Assembly: GCA_043228905.1 (NCBI GenBank) | Contig: JBHGNT010000002.1 | Coordinates: 7,440,001-7,504,000 of the forward strand | Length of the DNA: 64,000 bases | Direction: 5' to 3' | Source: Azolla caroliniana | Taxonomy: Eukaryota > Plantae > Polypodiophyta | Shown: positions 1-21,603 of the stretch, piece by piece | How positions within the stretch are numbered: the stretch's first letter is position 1 | Layout: each line of letters starts with the position of its first letter | The notes under the pieces: generated by a model | The model's input: only the letters and a program-made list of their open reading frames with translations | Databases searched by the model: none | What the model was told of the DNA's origin: nothing | Position numbers and translations under genes: made by a program

Positions 1-46
1 ATTAATATATGCTTAAACACACTTAGATATTGCACATTCTGTACAG

Positions 47-9771
<9,725 letters not shown>

Positions 9772-10449
9772 ATATGAATGAAATAAATGGAGGTAACCAT
9801 AATAACCATCCTTTTACACTGTTTATGCATTGATTGGGGCCACATAAAAATATGTGGTCTTACATACAAAGACATACTTTTTTAATAGGTCTGTGGCACA
9901 TATTGATCTAACTTTGTTGTTTCATCTGTGAGTTTCTTGGGTGCTCTGCACTGCCCTTCTAACCATAAATAATATACTTCGAAATAAAAGACAAAAAGAT
10001 GGCAAAATCCGCCACCTCTCCTCTGGACTTTCATACAAAAACAACGTTGTTTTAATAGATTTGTCGACTTACATACAAAAGCAATGTTTTAAAAGATTTA
10101 TTTTGTGCATTGCACTAACTTCATGGCCTCGTTTATGTATTGCTTTCAGGGGTTCCTTTCTGTTCAGCTGTGTTGGATGGGGTGGGTGTGTACAGGAGCG
10201 GAGGATGTATTTTATATGTTATTTGTATTTGTAAATCAATGCTACACCAAGCGCAAGAGGATTGGAGGAATAAATAGCTAGTTGCTGCACTAGAATTTCA
10301 ATCCCTCTGATTCATTAATTTTTGTTACGTTATTTCAAATAAAGAGTTCACAATCTTCTTATTTTCAGAAATTTTTGAAGATGCGTACCCATATATATGG
10401 TTGATTGACTTTTGTTGCTTGCAGTAAAGAATAAATCTTGTGGTGCTTG

Positions 10450-10646
10450 CAATAAAGTGTGAATCTCTATAGTGATACATTCATGCACTCTACATATCCC
10501 CCACTAGCTACTTGCAGAGGACGTCAAGCAATAAAGAGTGGATCACTATAGTGATACATTCTTGCACTCTACATATACCTTACTAGATACTTGCTTTATG
10601 GAGGTCAGTGAAAAATGGAGGTTCCCCACTAGTTACTAGCAGAGGA
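10450..10646. repeat. Degenerate tandem repeat (~79 bp period) between the convergent PHOT and Aurora 3' ends
   Basis: caataaag.gtg.atc.ctatagtgatacattc.tgcactctacatat at ~10450 and ~10529; partial third copy ccccactagttactagcagagga at ~10624. Confidence 0.8.
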
Positions 10647-11276
10647 TGTGTTTCAACTATGGTATTGTGGATCCATCATAACTCTTGTATCTGCAAGATC
10701 AGAATAAAACATGGCTTTGAATATACACACGTACGCATGTTTACATGTATTTGGTTAAGCATATATGCATGGTTATCAATTCTCTGCTGTATCACTTTGT
10801 AACCATGTCTTTTTGACCAAGACAATATCTCAGTGTTGGTCATCATTTCAAGTGAAACCTACATTCATCACCTAGTTTTAGTGATCTCTCTTGAAACTGG
10901 TGTCATATGTAAGTATAAGAGGAATGTGGGTAGTTCAATTTGAGCTATAAATAAATTTAAACCGACAGTACGAGCAAATTTGGAAAATGTGTAAATTTTA
11001 ATTAAAGGTAAAACATCTTAGAATTTGCTTTTATAATGGGATATTTTTTTATGCTTCAACTGGATGAAATTTAAAACTTCTTTCTTCTTTCTTTTCTATC
11101 TCTCTCTCTATTATATATATATAGAGAGAGGTACACACAACTCTCTAGGCCAGTTTGTGTACTGGTATTGTGTATCAAAATCAATAAGAAATGCCCTTTG
11201 TTGGGTATATAAATTGGAAAGAATCAATGGCCAATACAACATGATAGTGGTATATACGTACGTAGTTGATTGAACA

Positions 11277-14200
11277 TTACAATCCCTGTAAACTACTAGG
11301 GTCAGCATTAACCACAATCCATGGATGAGTAAGAACATGTTTCAAAGGAAGCCTACGCGAAGACTCTTTAACCAGCAACTGCTCAAGTAACAAGGAAAAA
11401 AACACAAATTAAGCATATACAGATTACTGTATACTGAAACAGGTGTGACCAAAAATACAATATGAGCAAAGTAATACCTTAGTAATGAGATCCTTTGCTT
11501 GAGGAGAGATTGAAGGCCTTGAAGGAAACTTAATATCTATCCTTATAATCCTGAAAATACTCTTGGGGAATTACAAGATAAAAAAACAAATAATATGGAA
11601 ATGAAGATGGAACATGGTTTCAAGCCCACCCAAATGTATACTTTATTTTAACTACCGTTTGTATGTGTCAGAATGGCTATGTGCTTCAAAGGGTGGGATT
11701 CCATACAAAAACTCAAAGCAAAGAACTCCTAGGCTCCAGATATCTACTCCTGAATCATGCTCCTTGCTTTCCACTGCAAACGAAAAGCAGAAATAAAACA
11801 TCTTTTAACATTGACATTCAGAAAGAAACAACTATCAAATGTATAGGTACAATTATCAAACACTTTTTGGTTAAGTGTGTGGTGTTGGGAGTATCTTAAG
11901 CTAACCACCACTACAGGAAAATATGCAAATTGATAGACAATACCACTTAATAGATTCACAACCTTTGATATTGCTTCCAGACGATAGCTATCCAAACTGT
12001 GCATCTACTGGCAATAAGTTCATATCAAATAGGCAGTGTACAATAAGCTATCAGTGTCATATTGCACACTCTACTTCTTTCAAGGACAAATACCAACATG
12101 GCACATTTCCTTTACTTGTCTCAAATTGCATTATTAGCTACCTAGCATTCACATCAAATAAATTGCCCGTAAAACTTGGGCAGAAACTTCCTCTTAGTTT
12201 ATCGACTTAAATGCCCATTGCCATTGACCGAATGTTAGATTTTATGCAGATAGATGTTGCTGTCGTTATATATACATACCCATCTCAGGTGCTAGATAGT
12301 CCAAAGTTCCACACAATGTCCTTCTCTTATTGAAAGTATGAACAGACCATCCAAAATCAGCAATCTTCAATTCTCCCTGAAAGGATCAACCAGCAAATCT
12401 TAGGACCCTGCAAGCTAATGCAAACTTCTCCAATTTGTATATAAAGCCATAGAAAAAGTAAAGGAATCTGCTTCAATAGGTACTACCTTAATTCCTATCA
12501 ACAAGTTTTCTGGCTTGATGTCTCTGTGAATAACATGCTTTTGATGGCAATAGATCAGGGCCTTTGCTAATGATGCTATGTACTGCAATTAGCACAACAT
12601 GAAGCAAATACTAAAAGTTAGGAAGATATCACAGGCATTACAAAAAGCCAACAAAGGTATAAAGACTATAGCAGATGCTGTCACAGATGGCCTTGATGTA
12701 CATTACACACCCTGGCCCTGTGGCATCATTCAACAGCCTACTTTAGACAATATGTAGGTCCCTGCCTCCATCATTGAATGAAATACAGCTTGATACCAAT
12801 TGTCATCACCTAGATAGCATCTATGGACTCCATAAGCCAAAAATGTAAAGATGGGATTGCAGTCAAATCATCACTGGATTCATTTTGTAATTATGTGGCT
12901 TATTTGCTTCAAAAACCAGCGCCGAAGGGTTCGAAAGAATTCATTGGTTCTTCAGGAATGTCTATTTCTTTGGTAATGTATATGTGTGAACTTGTATGTT
13001 GGCGTGTTATTATAATCAAGGAAATTGCAGTGGCCACTTCTTGTAGGGTATCGACAAAGGGAGGAAACCCTTCTTCATGTACTCTGGACTAAGTCCCCAC
13101 GCAATTCGTTTCAAGCAACAAGTCACCAACTATCTACAATTATGATTCCCTGCTCATAAAACAACACTTGCCATCTCTTTTACATTTTAGCATGGTACCT
13201 TTGGGCATACGGTCATCTTTTTTTGGCAAGGGTCTGGTACAGGGCTCTATAGTCACTCAGGATCATTTGTAATGATTAGAATACTGGGCAACTTCTGTTA
13301 CATATCAATTATTAAGGTTTTTCCTCAAGAGGTTCCATGACATGTTTGTCATGTCTCCCATGACATTGTTGAGAATCCTTATGCCTTATGTTTTGAATGT
13401 TTCTAATCTAATACACTTTATATATTCTTTGTGGGGTTTCAACTTGTGTTCTTGTATGTTATATATGTGTCACTGCTTCGCTTAGCAAGACAAAACCCTC
13501 ATCGCTCTCCGACAACCCTGCATTCATGGTTTAGGCTATTCCCGTTTCACTCGCAGTTACTAGGGGAATCACATTTGCTTATTCTCTCAGTTACTGAGAT
13601 GTTTCAATTTGATGGTTGCCTCTCACCTGCCTATGGATTCAGCAGGCAGTTCGGAAGGTTAACCCATTCGGGAATCTCCAGATCCATGCTTTGCCTATTT
13701 TCAGCTCCCCGAAGCATTTCGTCGTTTACCATGCCGTTCCTCATCCGTAGAGAGGGTAAAGGTGGTTATGAAGTTGTTATTGAAGAATTATCCGAGAGTT
13801 ATGAAATTACCAATAGGGTATGTGTCAAAACAGCTCTTTGAATAATGTGTTCCTGTATATTATACATTTTTTTCGTATATTACTCACAGTTGCAGCTCTT
13901 TGCTCATCGAAAATCTTTTGAAGCTGGAGTTCCTTGTAGAGTTCCCCTTTTGCTGCATACTCAAGAATCAGGTAAACCCGAGTCTGCAATTGACATGGAC
14001 AATTTTTATAAGTCGACAATGTTAGCTCAAACATATGCATTCATATATTTCAGGAAAACATTAGATATCTTCGGTTGCATGTGTTGATAATCTGTGGCCT
14101 CATTGACTCTCTAAGATATGTGAGATGATATGCAAAGATCAAATATATACAAAGGAGGTTGCTATGTATGCAAGTATCCCTTTGATGTAAGATTATAAAA

Positions 14201-15370
14201 CGTACACTGAATGAATGAAAATACATAGCAATATCCATTGAAACAATTCACAATGTATGCATGGATAGTGTCCACAATGCTGGTAAAGGTCACATTCAAG
14301 GCAACAAATACTGCATGTAAGAGTGAGATACAGTCATGAAAAACTTACTAAATCAAAAGCATATCGCTTTGCAAAACTATATGGAAGTTCATGTATACAT
14401 GCAGGCAATGACTATTGTGAGCTTTCACGGAGAATCATAAGGATAAATATAAATGCATGTATATAAGATCCCCAAAAGACCAGCAATGGAAACACTCAAG
14501 TCAAGGAATGCTAAAAGTACAAGTAAAAATCCCCACTTGATTAAAAATCTACTGCTTTGTTGAGCTAATCGGTAGAATCCATCCATGATGTATATACATA
14601 TCAGTAGCCATAAGAGAAATGAATGTTGTATTTTCAGAGAATCGGATGCTCCATTGCTAAATATGTGTATACATATATACACTCATTGCCAGATTGCAAA
14701 TCATAATTATTGTTCGTGATGTACATGAACATGAATCTACGTGCATACCTACACATACGTTCAGATATATCGATATACACATGGATAAATACATATGCAT
14801 GCTAATGATGGACCTATATATATATATACACATACATACATAAATGTGCAGTTTGGAGAAGGTTAGTAATACCTCGTCATAGAAATATCCATATAGACGA
14901 AGAATGTTGGGATGTCTGAGATGGCTTTGGATCTCGATCTCTCGGCGCAATTGATGTTCAACGTTATATTTTTGAAGCTGATGCTTATAGAGGACCTTAA
15001 GAGCCACAATATACTTACTCTGCAACAAAGAAGGAAACAGAGGACCATTGAACCAAGACAAAGAAGAAAGGAACATAGGAATAAGGAAAAGCATCAAAGA
15101 CAGTAAAACGTCGAGAGAAACTAAAATCGCAATAAGGAATGCAAGAAGAGAAGGATGACAAGTGGAGAGAAAACAGAGTGGCAAACGCCTAACCTTCTTC
15201 TCTCTGGCGAGGTAAACATTTCCGAATTTGCCTCTTCCGAGGGGCTTTCCTATGTCGAAATCATTCAAAGACCAGAACCGGGATCGCTTCTTGACTTCAT
15301 CATCGACGTCGTCTCTGGAGGGTACGCCATTCTCTTTGATCTGAGGCAGAGAAGCCATGAAATCCACCAT
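11277..15370 (-). CDS. AUR: Aurora kinase (closer to alpha/AUR1-2 type)
   Basis: Exons 15370(or 15358)-15194, 15019-14873, 13983-13888, 12582-12487, 12376-12280, 11773-11656, 11550-11478, 11378-11277 (TAA). Motifs [94 protein letters not shown]. Confidence 0.97.
13501..13745 (-). pseudogene. rrn23: NUPT: decayed fragment of the 5' region of plastid 23S rRNA inside Aurora intron 3
   Basis: The reverse complement follows the chloroplast 23S 5' domain (cgacgaaatgcttcggggagctgaaaata...ggagattcccgaat...aacc...gctgaatccat...aaacatc...gattccc...agcctaaacc...ggttgt.ggagagc), with many transitions and small indels. Comparison made from memory of the plastid sequence. Confidence 0.88.
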
Positions 15371-16432
15371 TCCTCTGCTCTAGGCTCTGCCCCGGACATG
15401 TCTAGAAATAAGCAGGGAATGCGCAGGGGGGCCACACACACACACACACAAGAGAAACCCAAGCCGCCCATCCGCCTCACATTGTCTTCTCGGCCCCCCC
15501 GAGACGACGAGGACGAGGTGGACATTGGGCACGCGTATGCCAGAGCTTGGTATGGTATGATCTCTCGGGGTTTCCTAGTGTGGAAACGGTAATGGTGAGT
15601 GTGATGGTGACATGGTATTATATTTTTAGACCCAGAAGAAACCTTGGAATGAAGAAACCCATTCCATGCTTATCTCTCTCTGACTTGGAAAGACTATGAC
15701 GACATCGACCGAATCGAAAAGATCCCGCCTATGATTGAGATTGTCTTCCTCCAAATCTCTCTCGCTATAGATGGATTTATGCTACTTTGTGGAAATTATG
15801 GATATCCATCATTGTAATGGATGGAGATGCATCACTGCCAGCCTCCACACCTCGTCACATTCGTTGGAGATAAGAGATAGGTAGTATAAAGGTATATCTA
15901 TTGAGCAAAGGATATGTTCGTTATGCCATGTGTCTGCTTGTCATCGTATGCTTGTCCCCTATGGTTTTTTTCATGACCCCTTCTAGAGCTTGTATATGAA
16001 CATCTTCTCATTGGAATTCACATTCTTCTTTCCTAATTCCTCCATTAAGTTTTGGTTTTCCAATATTACCATCATTGCCAATAGGTTCACAAATGTTGAC
16101 ACCATGCCATCTCTTGTGTTAAGATGGATTTCGTAAGCTTTTGATTCCTCCTAGACTATTTGACAAATTCCTTATCCAGTTATACCGGCAAGTTTTTGTT
16201 ACCATGTTAAAATAATTAAGGTGCGTACATGATTATTTCGAGATTGCCGATATGAAGTATATAGCTTTAAGGAACTTAAGGATAGCTGGTGGAAAAGAGA
16301 AGAAATCAATAGTGCAAGGAAATCAAAACCTCAGCTTTAAAGTGACTACAGGATTGGGGTGGTTGTACATATACACAAGATCGGACATAAGTGGGGGTAT
16401 TTATAAGAGGAAATGGATGATACATTTAAGTA

Positions 16433-16830
16433 TGGTATCAATGCCAAACACAATTCCCTGAGCAACAAAATAAGGATTACAAGTTCAGTTAAATAGGTCA
16501 TTGCTAGGTACATATGTCCAGACGCCATTCAAGCTATGGAGAGGATTCAATCTATATACATGTTAATAAACCTTCAGCTCAATGTGGTAACAATAGAGCA
16601 GCAATGGCAGACCCTTAAGATTCAGCACGTCGAGGCAACAATGGACAGAATATCACCTTAGACGTCTAAAAACCCCATAGATTGGTTAAAGAAATTTAGA
16701 TCAACCACCTCATACTTGACGGCTATAACATTGAGAAAGTATGCCATGTGTAAAGATTTGCATAAGAATTGGTTGTGATGTGATTTGGGACCCGTTAATT
16801 TGCATCACCAAAGAATGATCCCGATTTATG
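16433..16830 (+). mobile_element. Possible highly degraded Copia gag relic
   Basis: PBS-like tggtatca at 16433, then reading-frame pieces resembling Copia gag (DAIQAMERIQSIY...VVTIEQQWQTLKIQ; WDPLI). Weak similarity only. Confidence 0.3.
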
Positions 16831-17359
16831 ACAATTAGAAGAACCAAAATTTCAGCCATGGTTCAATCCTTAGTCACCATTAGATACATTAAACTATCAT
16901 AATTCGAAGGCACAAAATTAAACACTCCACATCAAGGGAACCTAAACAGGAGAAATTCAAGAAAACTTAAGTTCACCAAAAGCAGACAACCAAAGTATCG
17001 AAATGTTCACATCAAATACAAGAACTGACGGGCCACATCTGTTCATTTTGTATAAAACGGATTGACTTTTTGTAAGCATCTGTACAATCTTCGAGAGGAA
17101 CCAAACATACTTTCAAGTGAATATAGCAAGGCAAATATATAATGATGAACTCAAAACATTTACTATGCTCTTGGTTTGCAACCTCTATAATTTAAGAATT
17201 CGCAATCATTTTAAACCACGCACAATTATCGCACAAACGGGCGAGTAAATCAGCACAGTAATGGTGGTGTTCAAAAACACCATTGCAATTAGGGGAAACG
17301 GGGAAAAGCAGATATATAAAAACGATGATGGCAGGCGTGAAAGAGTGCGCCTTCCCTTC

Positions 17360-17686
<327 letters not shown>

Positions 17687-17782
17687 TTATGTGATGACTG
17701 CAGATGCAGAGATGAGAGGCGGATCGAAACGAAGAGAAAACACAGAGATGATTCTGGCTATGGCGATGGCGAAGCTCTGCAA

Positions 17783-17898
17783 ATTTATAAGGGAAGGGGG
17801 GGGGGGGGGGGGCTGGCTTGGCTCCCCTCGTTTTCCCGCCCAAAACAAGATTTCAAATTTCAAATTCGATGAGATCGTCATCCAACGGCGCAGGATCC
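17783..17898 (-). promoter_or_regulatory. Histone H4 proximal promoter
   Basis: TATAAAT on the minus strand at 17783-17789. G17 tract at 17796-17812. E2F consensus TTTCCCGC at 17832-17839. Two TTCAAA (TTTGAA on minus) at ~17852-17864. Plant histone nonamer CATCCAACG at 17879-17887 followed by an octamer-like GCAGGATC. Confidence 0.75.
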
Positions 17899-19872
17899 TT
17901 CTCGAAACCGACGGTCTGGATTGCCTTGCATGCATCCCACGATGTTCACACTTGAGCCCGTCTGTCCCGTCCCTATACATACATATTCCTCACTTCAGAG
18001 TCCACACTATGAATTATCGCTATTATCATATGCATTTCCCTCATTAGCCCCAATGTTAGTTGGACATGTTTGCATTTGTCACCCATGCGTAAAGGCCAAC
18101 GGGACACTCTCCAAAATTTCAACTGAACCCCCCAATCGCTCAAGACTTCGATCAACGAACACATTGTCTCCCCCTACCAATCAAACATTATATCCTATTA
18201 TATGTATATGTATAAGAAAAGAAGTCAATGTATGCCTTGTTTAGATGGTACGCATATCTTTCCATGTCTCTTAGGGAATTATTTGTTAGTCATTAATGAG
18301 TAGCAATTGAGTCTCAAATTCATTAAGCCATTCTTCCAAAAGGTAATATCTTTTGAAGTTGCTACAAATATGCATCCTTAATGAACTGTTTTAGTGTAGA
18401 CAAAAAGAGATTGGATCAAATGATGGAGACTATCGAGTTTCACGTGACAATCAGTCAACCAGCGTGCACTTTACTCCTTCCACCCTTGTTGAAGTTGATG
18501 AATTTATATAGAAATGTGGGACATAAAGGTAAATCTAACATGTAGGTGAAAGGTGTCTCTAAATTCAGATAAAACTTGTACTTAGCATGCATAGCATATT
18601 ATTCAAAACTGTGTCACTTGCCCTTAATCATTTCCTTGAAAATAGCCATCACATAAATGAAGCAAGAAAGACAATTTTGTTGTCCCTATGTGCTTGGGAA
18701 ATATGCACACATCACAACCAATATATCATAACCGCCCACATGCCATCTGATTCCTAGGCACAACATATATTCACGCACACATTATGTCACCTTAACAATG
18801 AAGATAGTAATATTTCATAATTTATCCACAATCAACTTATAATAATGGAAAATTGTCTTACACCTGGATTGACATGCAACTCATAAACTATATCATGCAT
18901 ACTTGCATAAAGTTCAATCAATGACTTATACAACTTGTAGAATTGTCATCTTCTTGAATCATGTATACATTTGGGTGTTTTGAGTGTTTTATATTATGTC
19001 ATACAAATGTGATGATGGAGCACAAAGTTTATCCATGAAAATTGTTGGACGTACTCGAGCAATGGTGTCACCAAGGCAAGTCAACTGCTCCAAGTCGTGT
19101 AACATGGTTACTATGAGGACCAACAAGCTAGCCAATTGGTCGTCTAAAACAACTAGCTCTCAGGGGTTGAGCACGGGGAATGGTTTTATTATCAATTGAA
19201 CTTTTGATGAGCAAGAGTATAATAAGATATTAAGGAAAAGAATGGATTAAGGGCACTTTATAACCATGCATATAAAATACCATAGGTGTCTTGTACCACC
19301 CAATATTACCTTGTGTTAATATCATGGTGCATGAACAATGAATCCGAAAAAGAGAGCTTGGAATCACGAATGGAGTCTCAAAAAGGTCACAAGAAATCAT
19401 AATGAAGTGGGTGTCTAGTTCCCTTTATATAGTTTGACATATAAGGCTCCCAAACCACCATGTATTCCCATGGATCATGGATCCTACACGGTTGTGATGG
19501 TTCCCATGAGAACAACTACTTTCCCAACTATACTACCCTTGACCCATGAGATTTAGCATTAGAATTGATCCTCGATGTCATGCTTGGAAGAGGTAAGGGA
19601 CCTAAATCCTTAAGTAGTAATGGAAGGGTTGTTAAATACGGGCATGGAGATAGTCAAAGCATTGACAAGAAGTTCGCTCCTTCATTACTAGAACTCGAAC
19701 TAGACACTAACACCCAATAGCAAATAGTTTCTTTAATTAACTTATAATTTTGATCATTAATACTCAAATAACGTGTTTACTCAACTAATGTCATAGTTTA
19801 AAGCGAGGCAAGGGTGCCATGTAACAATTTAGATGCAAAAAGTTTATATGATGTTTGGAAGATGTCAATGAA

Positions 19873-20490
19873 TGTTGTTGTCCATGGACCAAAATGGTAA
19901 TTCAAAGAAACGTAAGAGGAAGTAGGTCAAAGTAGGGGAACAACCGTAAGGAACGAAGACAACCGCAGTATGCACAACCAAGAACGGGAAGAACCAAAGT
20001 GCGCTGAAGTAAAGAGGAAAGGAAAAGCTATAAAAAGAAGAACAGGAGAATGAGACAAGGGGGAGAGCAAAGGGAAGAAGGGAACTATAACCCGTGATTA
20101 TGGGATTCTGAGGGTCTAGGTAATACTATCACTTCGTTGTTAATTCCGGTTGTGAGTTGTGTAACTGTATTCATTACCTACTCGTAATACATATAGTTTT
20201 GGGTCTATTTCTTGTGTTGGTGTTATGTGATTGTTGTCCCCTATGAAATTGATGTGGTGAAACACTCTATATGAAGAGACCTCCCTTACGTAACATATTT
20301 GAAATATTGTTTTCTGGTATCGCCTTGACCACCACGTACCACAACTCTTGGTCCAATTTCGGCTAGGAAATCGAAGGTGTCGCCTCCGAGAAGGAAGGCA
20401 ACACAATTTGGCACGCCCGGTTGAAGCTGTGCAGCACAACGAACTCACATTGGTGGTCATCTTAGTCACCATTATGGCGCCAAACAGAGT
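19873..20490 (+). mobile_element. Gypsy (Tat/Ogre-like) 5' LTR and primer-binding site, relic
   Basis: LTR-like block (tgttg... start uncertain, TATAAAA at ~20029, end ...caacaca at 20405) followed by TGGCACGCCCGGT at 20409-20421, complementary to the 3' end of plant tRNA-Arg(UCU), a PBS type used by Tat/Ogre elements. Confidence 0.6.
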
Positions 20491-20492
20491 TA

Positions 20493-21175
20493 CTCACTTC
20501 ACCGAAATGCTTGGTGTTCAGCATCTCGACGTGCTGCACTTGAGGAGGAGAAAAGGAAAGGGAACGAAGGGCACCAAACAAGGAGCCTGAGAGGAAGAAA
20601 GAACTAACAAAGGGGGAAACAAAAGGAAAAAGGACCGAGTCGACGAAGGAAGTTGACACATCCGTACAAGTCGGAATGAGTGGCAGCGGCGATAGAGTCG
20701 ACCGAAAGAAAAAGGCCAAAACTAGGACATGGTTTGATGTGGTGAAGGGCCTAAAACTAGAAGACGAGTTGGAGAACACCGACTCAGACAAGAGCGGGAA
20801 CGAATCGGAGACAGTCGATTCGCTTCTACTGTTGGATTCGAAGAAACCAGATCAACTAAAGGCCAAGCGGAAGTCGACGCCAACACGAAGGAACCGACGG
20901 GTCGACAAGCGTCGGAGTCGCAACAACGAGGGAGCTAAAATGGGCCTGTTGAGCAGACAAGCCGACCGAGGAGGTCGAGGTGCGCAGAACCAGAAGGGTC
21001 ACGGCAAACATGACCGGACTGGACGAGGAACGCGAGCAAGGCGGAGCGACGCCAGAAGGAGCCGGGTAGAAGAACCGGCTGCCAAAGACACTAACACCAC
21101 AATCTGACCTCAAGTTGAGCTTGAGGGGGAGTGTTGAGCGAGCAAGCTCAACCGTATTCGGATTGGCATCCGGAA
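20493..21175 (+). mobile_element. Copia element C: end of pol, 3' UTR, PPT and first 44 bp of its 3' LTR
   Basis: HFTEMLGVQHLDVLHLR-like pol C-terminus; 3' UTR homologous to the reverse complement of 21610-21870; PPT ttgagggggag at 21121-21131; LTR starts TGTTGAGCG at 21132 and is cut at CGGAA (21171-21175). Confidence 0.85.
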
Positions 21176-21603
21176 TGTGAAAACGAAGGTGCGGAAGCAT
21201 TAGACAACCAACTTAGCCGGATAGCAACAGAGAGAGAGAGATTAACACACACAGAAGGTACGCTAGAGAGAGAGAGAAAGAGCCGAACAACTTAAATCTA
21301 TTATCAAAAACTCTGTGAAATTCTCAATGCATACAACGTGCTCAACAACACTATTTATACAAGTCCTAAGAGGACTAACAAAAGTATAGTGTACTTCAAT
21401 GCTCACACGAGCGCCTGACACTAACTACGAGACATTAACTACCTAGTAGTCTAGGTTGCTACTAGGTTTCCGATTATTGCTTGATCCGGCTAACCGGCTC
21501 CCCAGCTCACCGGCTCGCTTCCGCACCGGCTCATCCTTCCAGATGCCGATCCGACTCAGGCTTATTCAGCCAATCCGGATCAAGTTGAGCTTGCCGCTCA
21601 ACA
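21176..21603 (-). repeat. 3' LTR of Copia B (428 bp, TG...CA)
   Basis: Minus strand reads TGTTGAGCGGCAAGCTC...TATAAATAG...TTTTCACA; preceded by the PPT and followed by the TSD. Confidence 0.9.

Noticed and set aside
13431-13841. 136-aa ORF in Aurora intron 3, or a functional rRNA gene
   Set aside because: The ORF is the antisense of the NUPT; the rRNA piece is short, mutated and intronic.
15020-15193. Hydrophobic 58-aa insert in Aurora suggested by the ORF track (membrane-anchored isoform)
   Set aside because: It is a T-rich GT-AG intron that happens to be in frame. Retention would split the kinase N-lobe, and there is no evidence for it without RNA data.
19040-19870. Additional LTR or solo LTR upstream of the Tat-like LTR
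   Set aside because: Looks TE-like (tgttgg start, minus-strand TATA at ~19425) but no partner LTR, TSD or PBS could be established.
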